The notes: a model not told the origin generated them from the sequence alone. A stretch of DNA of 63,205 bases from an uncultured Gammaproteobacteria bacterium (GCA_964612105.1 CAZTEU010000004.1:60897-124101), one strand, 5' to 3'. Positions 49,909 through 60,491 are shown, counted from the stretch's first letter. Numbers and translations: made by a program.

Positions 49909-50631
49909 CTATTTGTTCAATTTGCCTTTTCTTGCTGTTCGGCAATTATGATTTTTCCCGTCACTTTCCACCTTTCCATCTCTTAGGCAGATAATTCTTT
50001 TTGCGTGCTCTGCGGTTTCTTTTTCATGAGTGACCATAATTACAGTGCGTCCTTTCTCACTTATGTCTTGAAGGATTTGCAATATTTGGTTACCTGTTGT
50101 CGAATCTAGGTTTCCAGTAGGCTCATCTGCAAATAATATATATGGATCATTAACAATAGCACGTGCTATGGCAACTCGTTGCTTTTCTCCACCAGAAAGT
50201 TGATTTGAATGATTGTTTATTCTATTGGTGAGCCCTACAGCTTCTATAGCATCTTCTACTGCTTTTTTATCATTTGGGCGATCACTGTATACCAAAGGAA
50301 GTCTTACGTTATCGAAAACACTGGTTCTTGGAAGAAGATTAAAAGCCTGGAACACAAAACCTATATTTTTATTTCTCATCTTTGCCAAGGCTTCATCATC
50401 AAACTTACTTACATCCTTCCCCTGGAACAAGTACTTTCCTTTTGTTGATGTGTCTAGAAAACTAAGAATATGCATAAGGGTTGATTTTCCAGAACCACTG
50501 GGACCCATAATCGCGATAAACTCACCTTCCTCTATTTTTAAATTAATGTTATGAAGAACCGGCGTCACAATTTCGCCGGTTACATACTCTTTATATATAT
50601 CTTTAGTCTCAATTAGGGTTTTTTTACTCAT
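49909..50631 (-). CDS. ABC transporter ATP-binding protein (LolD/MacB-like)
   Basis: [26 protein letters not shown]. Confidence 0.95.
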   Translation of the reverse strand: MSKKTLIETKDIYKEYVTGEIVTPVLHNINLKIEEGEFIAIMGPSGSGKSTLMHILSFLDTSTKGKYLFQGKDVSKFDDEALAKMRNKNIGFVFQAFNLLPRTSVFDNVRLPLVYSDRPNDKKAVEDAIEAVGLTNRINNHSNQLSGGEKQRVAIARAIVNDPYILFADEPTGNLDSTTGNQILQILQDISEKGRTVIMVTHEKETAEHAKRIICLRDGKVESDGKNHNCRTARKGKLNK

Positions 50632-50637
50632 ACCTCT

Positions 50638-52422
50638 TTAATTCTCCTTTATAAATGTAATAATTTCGTCACCTTCCTCAACTCCAGATGTGATTTCTAT
50701 CAAACCACCGTTGCCTCTTAATCCTGTTTCCACTTCTTTTTTATCAAACTTACCTTTTGTTTTGTTAGTAAGAACTCTAATATATTTTTTTCCACTTTCA
50801 TTGATAATTGAGCGCTGTGGAGCCACGAGCACACCTTCTTTTGTCTCTGTTATTATTTCGACATTTGCTGTCATTCCAGATCTAATTGGTAAATCAGATG
50901 TATCAGAAAGAAGAATGTCTGTATTATAATAGATAACCCCAGAAACCTCTGTCTTGCCCGGCTCTACTGACACAACCTTTCCCATAAGTTCCACATCATC
51001 TCCAAAGGCATCAAGCGTAATCACAACATCATCATCTACAGATACTTTTGCAACATCAGATTCGGAAATATCTACCTCTATACTTTTTTCTGGTGAAACA
51101 AGAGTAATTACTGGGTCTAGTGCTGTGACATTCTCACCAACATTTACATCTAATTTTGCAACGACACCATCCGCAATTGCCCTAAGCTCTGTCTTACTTA
51201 CTTCGTTTTGAGCAGACTGCACACTTGCACTGTATCTGTTTACATCAGCTCTTAAGGAACCAAGATCCACATCTCTAGGTGCTGCAACTAGCAAGTCATA
51301 AGCAGCTTGGGCTTGTGCAAGATCTGCTTTTGCTATCTTTATGTCTGCCTCAGCCTGCTTTTTCTTGTTTTCTAAATTATTCTTTGCTTTGTTATATGCA
51401 ATTTCATATCCAGCAAGACTATTTTTTGCAGAAGACACTGCTTGTACAGAATTCGTAAGGTTTGTGCTCGCTGTATTTACACTGACTAGAGCAGCGTTTA
51501 TGTCTGATTTAAGGGTTTCCAGGTTTGACTCTGTCATACCAAGAACTGCTCGTGAAGCTGTAAGCATGGCTTGCATGTCTACAAGATGGCTTTGGATTTG
51601 AGCCACAGTGTTCTGTGTAGGACTAATTGAGAGATCTACTTTGTCGTTCGGGCTAGAGATTTGTAAGGCAAAGACTCCGGCCTTAGCTGCATTATACGCA
51701 GACCTTGCTTTTTTGTAGCTAGTCTCTGCAGTGAACAAAGTGCCTGGAGAAGCAGAGCCCAAACCATCCTCAAATACATCATTAGCTGTTGCATTGTCTA
51801 TACCTATTATGTTATCTGACTCTGTTAAGGCGTCTGACAAGGAAGCCATTGTTGATTTTAATGTATTGATAAGGTCATCGTATGCATCTCTTACTATTTT
51901 ACTATCTTCGCCAGCTTCTACTAGTTTTAGGTCATTTTCAGCATCACTAAACTCTTTTTTAGCAGTATCTACTGTGGAAGCAGAGGAAGCCTCTGTTTTG
52001 TCCAGCGATGCCCTCTTTTGGTCTACCAAAGCAAGTGCTTTTGTCCTTTCTGCATCACTTGCTCCAGCTATCCTTAAATCTAGAGAAGCTTGTGCAGAAC
52101 GAAGTTGAGCAACAGACTGAGCCAGAGCGCTACGTTGCTGTACATTTTGTAACTTAGCAATAAGATCTCCTTTCTCTACTGTATCTCCACTTTTTTTACT
52201 AATTTGAGCAACACGACCGCTTACCTCCCAACCATATGATATGTCCAATTCACCTGATATAGAACCTGTTTCACTGACTGACTGCACTAATTCAGTACGC
52301 TCAACAGAAGTATGAGAAAACTCAGGAGTCTTGTCTCCACGAGATTTAGAAAAAACAACAAGTAAAATAATTACAACTATAGTGGTAATTATCCAAAACT
52401 TTTTAGATCTAGGTATGCTCAT
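50638..52422 (-). CDS. Efflux periplasmic adaptor (HlyD/MacA-like) with long coiled coil
   Basis: N-terminal TM, long helical hairpin, GMTANVEI. Confidence 0.88.
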   Translation of the reverse strand: MSIPRSKKFWIITTIVVIILLVVFSKSRGDKTPEFSHTSVERTELVQSVSETGSISGELDISYGWEVSGRVAQISKKSGDTVEKGDLIAKLQNVQQRSALAQSVAQLRSAQASLDLRIAGASDAERTKALALVDQKRASLDKTEASSASTVDTAKKEFSDAENDLKLVEAGEDSKIVRDAYDDLINTLKSTMASLSDALTESDNIIGIDNATANDVFEDGLGSASPGTLFTAETSYKKARSAYNAAKAGVFALQISSPNDKVDLSISPTQNTVAQIQSHLVDMQAMLTASRAVLGMTESNLETLKSDINAALVSVNTASTNLTNSVQAVSSAKNSLAGYEIAYNKAKNNLENKKKQAEADIKIAKADLAQAQAAYDLLVAAPRDVDLGSLRADVNRYSASVQSAQNEVSKTELRAIADGVVAKLDVNVGENVTALDPVITLVSPEKSIEVDISESDVAKVSVDDDVVITLDAFGDDVELMGKVVSVEPGKTEVSGVIYYNTDILLSDTSDLPIRSGMTANVEIITETKEGVLVAPQRSIINESGKKYIRVLTNKTKGKFDKKEVETGLRGNGGLIEITSGVEEGDEIITFIKEN

Positions 52423-52468
52423 ACTTAAATTATCTTAATACTACCTTAATTATTAGTCAACTGGGGAA

Positions 52469-52900
52469 TTATATTATTTTTAGTTTTTTTAACCAAAGCT
52501 TCCATATTTTTTCTAGCTTCAACTTTTTTATTTCTTTTGGGGTATACCATCCTATTGATTTTGCTTCTGTGTAATTTCTTTGTACTTTTCCTTCCACTTC
52601 ACACTCAAAGACGTACCAGTGGTGATTGTCTATTCCTCTGCTACAGGTGTTGTCCACTATTTCTTCTTCCAGCACTAGGTGCAGATTTGTAACATCTAAT
52701 CCTGTTTCTTCACCAACCTCTCTTTTTATTGCCTGTTCCTTATTCTCCCATTCGTCAACGTGTCCGGCAGGACATGCAAACCCATAAGGAGGATTAACAC
52801 GATCCAACAGCAAATATTTACCATCCTTTTTTATTATTGCACCGACAGAATAATGCATTGGCTCTCCCTTTTTTGAAGGATGAAGCTTAGGGTCTAACAT
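52469..52900 (-). CDS. NUDIX hydrolase
   Basis: PAGH...AIKREVGEETG. Confidence 0.88.
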   Translation of the reverse strand: MLDPKLHPSKKGEPMHYSVGAIIKKDGKYLLLDRVNPPYGFACPAGHVDEWENKEQAIKREVGEETGLDVTNLHLVLEEEIVDNTCSRGIDNHHWYVFECEVEGKVQRNYTEAKSIGWYTPKEIKKLKLEKIWKLWLKKLKII

Positions 52901-52909
52901 AACAAAAAT

Positions 52910-55102
52910 TTATTCGAAAATTGCTGAGTTCCAATTTCTCCATACACTGTCCGCAGCCTTTCCTCTTACAGAATAATCCGGTAGTAAAGGCATTTCATAT
53001 CTAGAATAACCTATGTGGTTTAGTCCTATTGCCCAGCTAGAATCTTTTATCTTTGTAATAAAAGCATCAACAACACGTGCATGCTGATATTCACTATATG
53101 AGTGTGTTTGCCAGTCTTCCTCAGAATCTAATCTAGTTGGAATTTTACCAGTCCCATAATGATCTTTACCCTTCCACGATTTGTCTACAGGCAAGTAAGA
53201 GATTTCAAACCAGATAGATTTGTTGTGATATTTCTTTAGAACAAGACCACCGGATATTATAGCATTGACCCCGCTTTGCAGAGCTGTGTCACCAACAGAC
53301 TCGTCTAAGGAAAGAGGTTCATCTATTTGTAAATAGAAGAAATTAGCAAGCTTGCCCCATGATATATAGTCTGGTTCTGGTATGGTAGTTTGTGTTTCAA
53401 GCACATCTCTAGAAGCAGACACACCTAGGCCAACTTCCACACCAGATAGAGACTTCATAGAATTAACAATGTCAGTCATTCTATCATGCTCTAAATTAAT
53501 AACTTCACTTCCATTACCTTCTCCAACTATAGGCGAGGTATAAAACATTTTATCTACACCCTCTTCCAGAGCTAATTTACTATAATAATCTGTCATCTCT
53601 CTTATTTCATCAAAGTATGCCTTGTACCATTCTATATTATGACCACTAAAATCTATATCTGTACAACATGCCTTTGGTCCCAACAGAACCTTTAGACCTT
53701 CTGCCTTAAGTGCTCTTATATCTTTTTTTAATATATCATCTGGTGTTACTTTTCTAAGAACAGGAAGGGGAGATGTCTGTTCCCAGTCCCATGAAGGATA
53801 TAAAACAGCCCAGTTATATTCACCAGCAACTAATTCTTTTGCTGTGGTAGCAATTGTATCTTCTGTTCCACTAACATAATCTGTTATCCCTTGACCAGAA
53901 TGAAAATCAACCTTCCCATCACGATCTGGGAATTTATTACCTGTGCTTCCTAGTTCTTGTATACTTTCTGGAGTGACGGCTCCACTTGGGAACCATCTCC
54001 ATCTTTCTACCTCGTCTGTTTGAGTTTTTTCATTTGCAAAAACAGTCTTCCTTCCTCGATTATCTGTAAAATGAGTCAGTGTATCGTTCTCCAAATAATC
54101 CGCTGTAGCAAACCCTTCTCCATTACGACTATATCTATAAGAAACCTCATACTCTCCAGCGCTGTTTACATTAAAGAAAACATCTGTGTCACTAAACTCC
54201 TTTGTAAATTGCTGATTTCCTATTGAGTCCATCTTAACACCATCATTTTTACCTGCTAAGTGTATATAAATTGAGTCTTCAGCTGGTGTGTTTTCTGGAA
54301 CTGTGACAAGGAAAGTCATTGTTCCTTTTGGTGAAACTGCTACTTTTACCTCCGGTGGTGTTTGTTTTGCAACGTTAGAATTATCCTGTGCTGGGTCAGA
54401 GACCAAGCTCTGTGAGGTCACTTCTTCGTCTACTCTTGTCATGCTAGAAAATATGGCCTGTGATATATCACGAACATCATTTTTCTGTGAGTTTCTTAGG
54501 CTATCCTTTACTTTCTTTAGTTTTCCATCAGACACTACATATATCTGAGTTGTCCCAACCTCTCTTACAACTTGTCCATTGTGAGGAACTGTTTCTTGTA
54601 TTGTAGAACCCACATCTAGATTTGCATCAAATACATCAGATAAGTCTCTCACAACACTTGCCCAGTTTTCCCCGTATAAATCTTTCGCAACTTCTTCACT
54701 TGCTATCTTGTGCTTCATGTTTCCAGGACCAACAGCGTACACGTTAGGTGATATGGTTGTCTTAACAAGACGTGACCCTGGACGGAAGTTAATACCACCA
54801 CCAGATGGGTAGTTGTCTACACAAACATTTGGGATCACTGTTATGTTTGAGAAGTCTTCATACCAAGTGTGATATACCTCACTATTTGGGAAGTACATCC
54901 TTTTCATGTCCTTGTTAACAAGATAAACAGCACTGTTTGTTGGAACCTTAAACAAATCACCAGCAGACAAAGATGTGCATGTCTCTGCAAGAGAGTAAGG
55001 TGTTCCGTGTATTGCAAATAAAAACGCAAAAACAAGGAAGGACAGAAGGGTCATTATTATGTGATGTTGCTCAAACTGAGCCAGTTTTTTATAAATGCTC
55101 AT
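52910..55102 (-). CDS. Large secreted protein, possible CBM20-like plus glycoside-hydrolase-like TIM barrel
   Basis: Signal/TM segment; MTFLVTVPENTP..IYIHLAG CBM-like; C-terminal region resembles GH113-like barrels (inference). Confidence 0.55.
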   Translation of the reverse strand: MSIYKKLAQFEQHHIIMTLLSFLVFAFLFAIHGTPYSLAETCTSLSAGDLFKVPTNSAVYLVNKDMKRMYFPNSEVYHTWYEDFSNITVIPNVCVDNYPSGGGINFRPGSRLVKTTISPNVYAVGPGNMKHKIASEEVAKDLYGENWASVVRDLSDVFDANLDVGSTIQETVPHNGQVVREVGTTQIYVVSDGKLKKVKDSLRNSQKNDVRDISQAIFSSMTRVDEEVTSQSLVSDPAQDNSNVAKQTPPEVKVAVSPKGTMTFLVTVPENTPAEDSIYIHLAGKNDGVKMDSIGNQQFTKEFSDTDVFFNVNSAGEYEVSYRYSRNGEGFATADYLENDTLTHFTDNRGRKTVFANEKTQTDEVERWRWFPSGAVTPESIQELGSTGNKFPDRDGKVDFHSGQGITDYVSGTEDTIATTAKELVAGEYNWAVLYPSWDWEQTSPLPVLRKVTPDDILKKDIRALKAEGLKVLLGPKACCTDIDFSGHNIEWYKAYFDEIREMTDYYSKLALEEGVDKMFYTSPIVGEGNGSEVINLEHDRMTDIVNSMKSLSGVEVGLGVSASRDVLETQTTIPEPDYISWGKLANFFYLQIDEPLSLDESVGDTALQSGVNAIISGGLVLKKYHNKSIWFEISYLPVDKSWKGKDHYGTGKIPTRLDSEEDWQTHSYSEYQHARVVDAFITKIKDSSWAIGLNHIGYSRYEMPLLPDYSVRGKAADSVWRNWNSAIFE

Positions 55103-55199
55103 ATATGTATTAATATGTATCTATTGTAGCAGATTTTTATAAAACAAAAAACCACCTGACGGTGATTTTTTTCTTTCAGCCTTATTCGTGGTGTTAGGG

Positions 55200-56342
55200 T
55201 TATATAACATTGTGAGGATACTCCTTTCCTCTATTCTGGAAAGAAAGTATTTTAGGGTTTTGTATTACCCCATCACGGATTTCCATTGCCTTAGATATTG
55301 TCTCATTTTTTGCCCACTCATTAGGGCCTCCCATTACTACAGGCAAGAAAGGTATTAAAGCTTTGGATATTTCCCATGAGGCAGAGTTCCAATACCAGCT
55401 TGGACTGTGATCCACTGCATAGTAGTATTTTCCATCAGACTGGAACATTGGGTTGTCAAAAGTGGTTGGTTTTGCACACCAGAAGCCCATTCCCTCATCA
55501 CAGCTAATATCTATAATAAGCGCCCCGTTTCTCAACTTATGTGAATCCATTGCGCCAACAAATGTCTTTGGATTTTCTGGGTTCTGCATCGTACCATTAA
55601 CTATTATTTCTACGTCAGAGAGTGCGTCTGCAAATAGTTTTATGCTTCCATCTTCCTCTACAGCCAACATATTTCCAGAGTCATTTTTTCTCATTTGCTT
55701 ATACACCACTCCCGGTAACTGATCCTTCACCTGTGTAGATGGGCGACCTGTATATACAGTAATGTCATTAAACCCTTGCCCTTGTAGTGCGTATACAGCC
55801 CCCCGACTTACAGACCCAAAACTAATTACCACAGCTTTTCTTTGTTTTCCATAGTTTCCATCTACTCCAATTAAACTAAGTGCGTGTTTTACACCTGCAT
55901 ATCCTGCAATCTCATTGTTCTTATAAAAAGTATGCAACTCACTATTACCCGCCTTTCCCCAAGAGAACATTGCTTCCCATGCTATTACAGATAGTTTTCT
56001 GTCTATAGAAACTTGAGTAATTTCTTTCTGTTGCACAAAATGAGGCCATCCCCACACAAGAGAACCTTCTTTTACCTGCGCTAAATCTTCTGCCAGAGGT
56101 TTTGGCATTAACACGCAATCAAAGTTATTTAGTATTTCGTGACTATTAGCTACACGCCCAGATGTAAGATTAGCAAGCTCTCCATCTGTCATCCCAAACT
56201 TAATACCATATCCTTGTTCGAAAGTAATCAATCTTCTTAGTTCTTCCGGTATAAGCGCTATGTGTTCTGGATGGATAGGTACTCTATTCTCATTTTCCTT
56301 GCGTGATTTTCCTACTACTCCTACTGTTAGGTATTGTGACAT
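55200..56342 (-). CDS. N5-(carboxyethyl)ornithine synthase-like (AlaDH/PNT family)
   Basis: KENENRVPIHP, SFGSVSRGA, DISCDEGMGF, YAVDHSPS. Confidence 0.8.
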   Translation of the reverse strand: MSQYLTVGVVGKSRKENENRVPIHPEHIALIPEELRRLITFEQGYGIKFGMTDGELANLTSGRVANSHEILNNFDCVLMPKPLAEDLAQVKEGSLVWGWPHFVQQKEITQVSIDRKLSVIAWEAMFSWGKAGNSELHTFYKNNEIAGYAGVKHALSLIGVDGNYGKQRKAVVISFGSVSRGAVYALQGQGFNDITVYTGRPSTQVKDQLPGVVYKQMRKNDSGNMLAVEEDGSIKLFADALSDVEIIVNGTMQNPENPKTFVGAMDSHKLRNGALIIDISCDEGMGFWCAKPTTFDNPMFQSDGKYYYAVDHSPSWYWNSASWEISKALIPFLPVVMGGPNEWAKNETISKAMEIRDGVIQNPKILSFQNRGKEYPHNVI

Positions 56343-56377
56343 ATATTGTATAAATAAAATGCAGTGTACATTATATA

Positions 56378-56575
56378 TTAGTCCTTGTAAACCTTTGCAA
56401 CTCTCCCAACCTGCCCAGACTCTAGTCTTACTTTTATACCCCTATGATGAGCAGGGGAGCTAGTAAGAATATCTTTTACGATTCCGTATGTTATTTCACC
56501 TGTAGGCTGATCTTTTTTTAATATTATAGCCACCTTTGAACCCCTCTCAATATCTTTCCTTTGTGTTCCATCCAT
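56378..56575 (-). CDS. YwbE/DUF2196 family protein
   Basis: ILKKDQPTG..T.GIVKDILTSS..H.RGIKVRL..GQVGRV. Confidence 0.85.
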   Translation of the reverse strand: MDGTQRKDIERGSKVAIILKKDQPTGEITYGIVKDILTSSPAHHRGIKVRLESGQVGRVAKVYKD

Positions 56576-56681
56576 ATATATTTATTAAATATATTATTAC
56601 TACACAGATTATTGCATACTTATGTTTTTTTTAAAATACCAAAGAACCGCCCAAAGGCGGTTCTATATAATTTATTATACC

Positions 56682-57065
56682 CTATACTTTCTGTGGCATG
56701 CTTGGGCCTGCTCCATATTTGTTGTTTCCTGGAGTGCTTCCCAAAACTAGAAATACAAACATAACGATAGAACCTACAAAAGGAACTAGTTGTATAAAAT
56801 ACCACCAGCCACTACGACCTGTGTCATGTAGTCTCCTTACCACTACAGATATACTAGGCAGTATCATTGCAACAATATACAACAGATATACTATAGAAAC
56901 TATGTTATAAAGAGTCTCTGACCCCTGTACTAGAGCTGCTAGTACAGCTATGCCCACTATAATTAACACATTTATAAGTAGAAACATCCAAAACTCTTTT
57001 CTACTTGCTCGTCCTGCAAAGGTAGCATATTTTTTTAGTGCACCTATATAATACTGCATATACAT
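56682..57065 (-). CDS. DUF805 family membrane protein
   Basis: FAGRASRKEFW, RRLHDTGRSGWW, NKYG. Confidence 0.9.
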   Translation of the reverse strand: MYMQYYIGALKKYATFAGRASRKEFWMFLLINVLIIVGIAVLAALVQGSETLYNIVSIVYLLYIVAMILPSISVVVRRLHDTGRSGWWYFIQLVPFVGSIVMFVFLVLGSTPGNNKYGAGPSMPQKV

Positions 57066-57124
57066 TATTTTAAATAAAAAACATGAATTAACTCATGCAT
57101 TATATCATATTTGCCCTTGTTTCA

Positions 57125-57556
57125 CTATATGGACTGCAAAATTGCCTGCTCTAAATCTTCTGGCTCATCTGTACCAATCCTGTACAACTTTCCATTCTCC
57201 ATTTCTATCTGCACAGCATCAAACCCAGACACATTAAATATCCACGCACGAGGCTTCACACTAAATTTTATTCCCCAGCCATAATACCAGTGATTTTTTA
57301 CTACTTTTGCAGATACAATATCTTCCAACTTAAATTTCTTCCTAAAAATCCCATAACCAAACCTTATCCGCAAATATTTTTCATTTATCATTACAGTAAG
57401 AGTGGTAAAAGAAGCAATAAGTAGTAAAATAATGACCATGAAAACGACAGCTGCTGGTTCGTAGCCTGTATATCTCAGTATAAACAAGAAATAGAAAACA
57501 AGAAAAACCAACACAGCTATCATTAAGTGACCAATTTGCGTGTGCTTATAAATCAT
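57125..57556 (-). CDS. Membrane protein with PH-like domain
   Basis: Two TM segments, then YGWGIK and RIGTDEPEDL. Confidence 0.7.
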   Translation of the reverse strand: MIYKHTQIGHLMIAVLVFLVFYFLFILRYTGYEPAAVVFMVIILLLIASFTTLTVMINEKYLRIRFGYGIFRKKFKLEDIVSAKVVKNHWYYGWGIKFSVKPRAWIFNVSGFDAVQIEMENGKLYRIGTDEPEDLEQAILQSI

Positions 57557-57568
57557 ACCTTCTTATGT

Positions 57569-58276
57569 CTATTTTTTTCTATAGAAATAAAAATCTGCAA
57601 AAGACTCCTTCTCCGGATCTTCTTTTAATGTAAATTCATTATCTATTTTTGTCATTAACTCCCAACCATGTAGATTTCTACTTATCCAATCTGTAAACTT
57701 CCTATGCTTCACATGTTGAGCAGGTGCTTTTGTTTGCCTGTCCGTGTTAGAAGAATAGATAATCACATACTTATTAGCAGAAGCAAACAAATCATTCATA
57801 TATTTCTCGTATACATCATCTTCCACCAAATGAAATATTACATCCAAAGACATTGTTGCATCTACGCTAAATGTTTTGAGGTTGTCATAAAAGTACTGAG
57901 GGTCATAAAGGAAAAATGATTTACTATTCTCTTTCTCAAACTTATCCTTACACACTGTAATACTCTTTTTTGAGACATCGAAACCAATGTACTTAGGGAT
58001 ATTAAACAAAGATAGCTGATGACCGTCTCCACAGCCAAACTCTAGTACAGTGTTTATATTTTTTTCTTTTATAAAATCATTAATCGCCTCAGCCTTAAAC
58101 TTCGCCAACCTTCCATACGAACCTGCCCCAGAGTTCCCCCCTGACTCATACCTCTCTTCCCAATACTTCTTAGAATTAAAATCCCTGTCCTTTCTTAACG
58201 AACGAAGTATAGACCGAGCAATAGAAGACAATAGCTTGTTCTTTTTTATTAGGTTTTTAAATATGGTCTTGCTCAT
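57569..58276 (-). CDS. Class I SAM-dependent methyltransferase
   Basis: VLEFGCGDG motif I, GFDVS, SLDVIFHL. Confidence 0.85.
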   Translation of the reverse strand: MSKTIFKNLIKKNKLLSSIARSILRSLRKDRDFNSKKYWEERYESGGNSGAGSYGRLAKFKAEAINDFIKEKNINTVLEFGCGDGHQLSLFNIPKYIGFDVSKKSITVCKDKFEKENSKSFFLYDPQYFYDNLKTFSVDATMSLDVIFHLVEDDVYEKYMNDLFASANKYVIIYSSNTDRQTKAPAQHVKHRKFTDWISRNLHGWELMTKIDNEFTLKEDPEKESFADFYFYRKK

Positions 58277-58323
58277 ATTTTTATTTCATCTGGTAGTACC
58301 TTATTGTTCTGCATCTTTTAGTA

Positions 58324-58680
58324 TTACCTAATAATGCAATGGGAAAAAAACTTCTCACGAAAATTTACAGCTTCTTCAATTTCTTCATCTGATAATGAAA
58401 CACCTTCCGGAACCAGTATTAGCTTATCGTCGTCATCTTCATGTCTGTGTATTATGGCTATACAAACCCCAGTTACTTTTTCTAAAGGTGTTTGTGGTCC
58501 TATATAATATGCATCTAATTCTTCTCCGTCAGGAGCTAAGGTTCCAGGAACATATCCATAATTCTGAGTATACAAAGCTCCTTTGTAATAAGTTCCATAT
58601 GCTTGGTCTATAATAATTGAGACTTTTTCGCCCAGGTACTCTTTACACATTTCCAAAGATTTAGAGTTGTTCATTTTCAT
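58324..58680 (-). CDS. Small inorganic pyrophosphatase-like protein
   Basis: NYGYVPGTLAPDGEELDAY and DDDK. Confidence 0.8.
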   Translation of the reverse strand: MKMNNSKSLEMCKEYLGEKVSIIIDQAYGTYYKGALYTQNYGYVPGTLAPDGEELDAYYIGPQTPLEKVTGVCIAIIHRHEDDDDKLILVPEGVSLSDEEIEEAVNFREKFFSHCIIR

Positions 58681-58736
58681 AAAGCACAGCTGTTTTATAC
58701 ATTTATATTTGCGTATATATTAGACAATAACAACAA

Positions 58737-59288
58737 TTAATTCAACCAAGGTGGCTTAGATTTAATAACCTTATTGTATATTTTACAACTCTTAATATGA
58801 GCTCCCTTTAGGTAACCTGTACTAACTAAAAACTCATTTACTATCTCACCACCTGTAAACTTAAATGTTTTTTTAAATAACTTTGTCCATTCCTCTCTTG
58901 TAAGAGGATAATTCTTGCCCAACCACTTCTTAAAAGAACCAAACTCTTCTTGGATTTGTAGTATTACGTTTGCATTATGAATAGTAGCATCAATTTTTAG
59001 CCTGTTACGAATAATTCCAGCATCGTTCAATAATCTTTGCCTATCTTTTTCCTTATACGATGCAACTTTTGCAATATTAAAATTATCAAATGCTTTCTTA
59101 AAATTCTTCCTCTTCTTTAGTATTGTTGTCCAACTCAATCCAGCCTGGTTAATCTCCAGTATTAGACGTTCGAACAGCTCATTATCATTATCAATAGCAA
59201 AACCATAAGCTGTGTCATGATATATGCGATGTACGTTAGTTTTATCGAAGCCCCCTACAGCTTCGCAGTATGATTTAGGTTTTTCCAT
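58737..59288 (-). CDS. tag: DNA-3-methyladenine glycosylase I
   Basis: YHDTAYG, LILEINQAGLSW..IL.KR, IIRNRLKI, FKFTG. Confidence 0.92.
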   Translation of the reverse strand: MEKPKSYCEAVGGFDKTNVHRIYHDTAYGFAIDNDNELFERLILEINQAGLSWTTILKKRKNFKKAFDNFNIAKVASYKEKDRQRLLNDAGIIRNRLKIDATIHNANVILQIQEEFGSFKKWLGKNYPLTREEWTKLFKKTFKFTGGEIVNEFLVSTGYLKGAHIKSCKIYNKVIKSKPPWLN

Positions 59289-59307
59289 TCCTATAATATA
59301 TAACAAG

Positions 59308-59556
59308 TTATTTACCACCCCTATCTTTAACAATAATTACTAATATCCAAATGATGGAGATAGCAAATATTACTGCTGTTATAAGCATGGTTATATAGTC
59401 CCATACAATATAACAAGGTAAAGAAGTGACTATTTCTTGCTTACAAGGAAAAAAGTAATTGTATGATTTTCCAATAATTAGCTCTGTATTTGAAAAATGG
59501 TAGATCAAAGCAGATATTATTGCGGAGACAAGAGGGATTTTTATTTTTTTTATCAT
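59308..59556 (-). CDS. Small two-TM hypothetical protein (cassette-like)
   Basis: Start at 59556 preferred; the track ORF extends into the attC-like site. Confidence 0.6.
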   Translation of the reverse strand: MIKKIKIPLVSAIISALIYHFSNTELIIGKSYNYFFPCKQEIVTSLPCYIVWDYITMLITAVIFAISIIWILVIIVKDRGGK

Positions 59557-59692
59557 AATTACATTATAGTGTGTAAATAAAACTTTTAATTTTACATAAC
59601 GTTTGCGTATATGCGAACGTTGTGAATACTTGTATGCCAACATTGGCGAAGCCAACGTACAAGTATGAGTAATTTGGGCGGAGCCCATGGAC

Positions 59693-59920
59693 TTATTTTT
59701 TCCCTTTTCTAAAGTCGCCTTCTTTTAATCCACTGTGAAGCAAAATCGACTGAAATGTACCATGTGGTATTTCCTTCTTCCTAACTTTAATAGTGACTTT
59801 TAATGTTTTCCCTTTTGTAGCTTTTTCATATCTGGCATGCGATCCTTTTTGCCTAACAAAAAAGAAGCCCTTTTCTGATAGGACTTTTAGTACAATTTTT
59901 AATGAAATTGGTCTAGGCAT
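59693..59920 (-). CDS. HicA-family toxin
   Basis: KGFFFVRQKGSH and EIPHGTFQSIL. Confidence 0.9.
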   Translation of the reverse strand: MPRPISLKIVLKVLSEKGFFFVRQKGSHARYEKATKGKTLKVTIKVRKKEIPHGTFQSILLHSGLKEGDFRKGKK

Positions 59921-60131
59921 GTTGGAATTTAAGTCGTTCCAACACAGGACGCTCTATTTTTTGTATTTTAGAAAGAGGAACATCTTCAAGATGAAGTTCC
60001 AGCGCCTCCTGTAATGATTCTAGGGCTTCTTTTTTGGAATCACCAAAACTGGAAACTCCTGTATTAAGATTCCAAGATACATAGTGTTTACCCTCTTTCC
60101 ACACGACATTTTTTAAGTCGATTTTGCGCAT
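59913..60131 (-). CDS. HicB-family antitoxin (short)
   Basis: GVSSFGDSKKEALESLQEALELHLE. Confidence 0.88.
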   Translation of the reverse strand: MRKIDLKNVVWKEGKHYVSWNLNTGVSSFGDSKKEALESLQEALELHLEDVPLSKIQKIERPVLERLKFQHA

Positions 60132-60221
60132 ATTTCTAAGATAATTATACTTGTACTTTACTTAAAAAGAAAAAATAAGTCAAATTGGGCGTAGCCGGTT
60201 ATATGTTGTTATGTGATGCGC

Positions 60222-60461
60222 TTAAAAATTAAAATCTTTTTCCAAACATTCAACATATATTCTCTGTGCTTCTAATTCCATCTCTTCACTTACTTTTATG
60301 AAGTTTTTAGGTGGAAATTCTTCTTGTGTTGTGTTTGTGACTTTAGAATATGCTTCGCTCCAGCAGTTTTTAACTTTTGAGCCAGTTATTAAAAACCAAA
60401 TAAAGATAATGACACCGAGTAGCATAATTACAATGAATGTCCATTTTATTATTTTTTTCAT
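60222..60461 (-). CDS. Small membrane-anchored cassette protein
   Basis: N-terminal TM; lies between attC-like ends. Confidence 0.65.
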   Translation of the reverse strand: MKKIIKWTFIVIMLLGVIIFIWFLITGSKVKNCWSEAYSKVTNTTQEEFPPKNFIKVSEEMELEAQRIYVECLEKDFNF

Positions 60462-60491
60462 ATTTGTATTTTAATAATTATTAAGCATTTC

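Larger units (their letters stand above)
59594..60214. repeat. attC-like site 1, apparently interrupted by hicAB
   Basis: ACATAAC (59594) complements GTTATGT (60208); 15-bp imperfect direct repeat AAWTTGGGCGKAGCC at 59671 and 60182. Confidence 0.6.
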
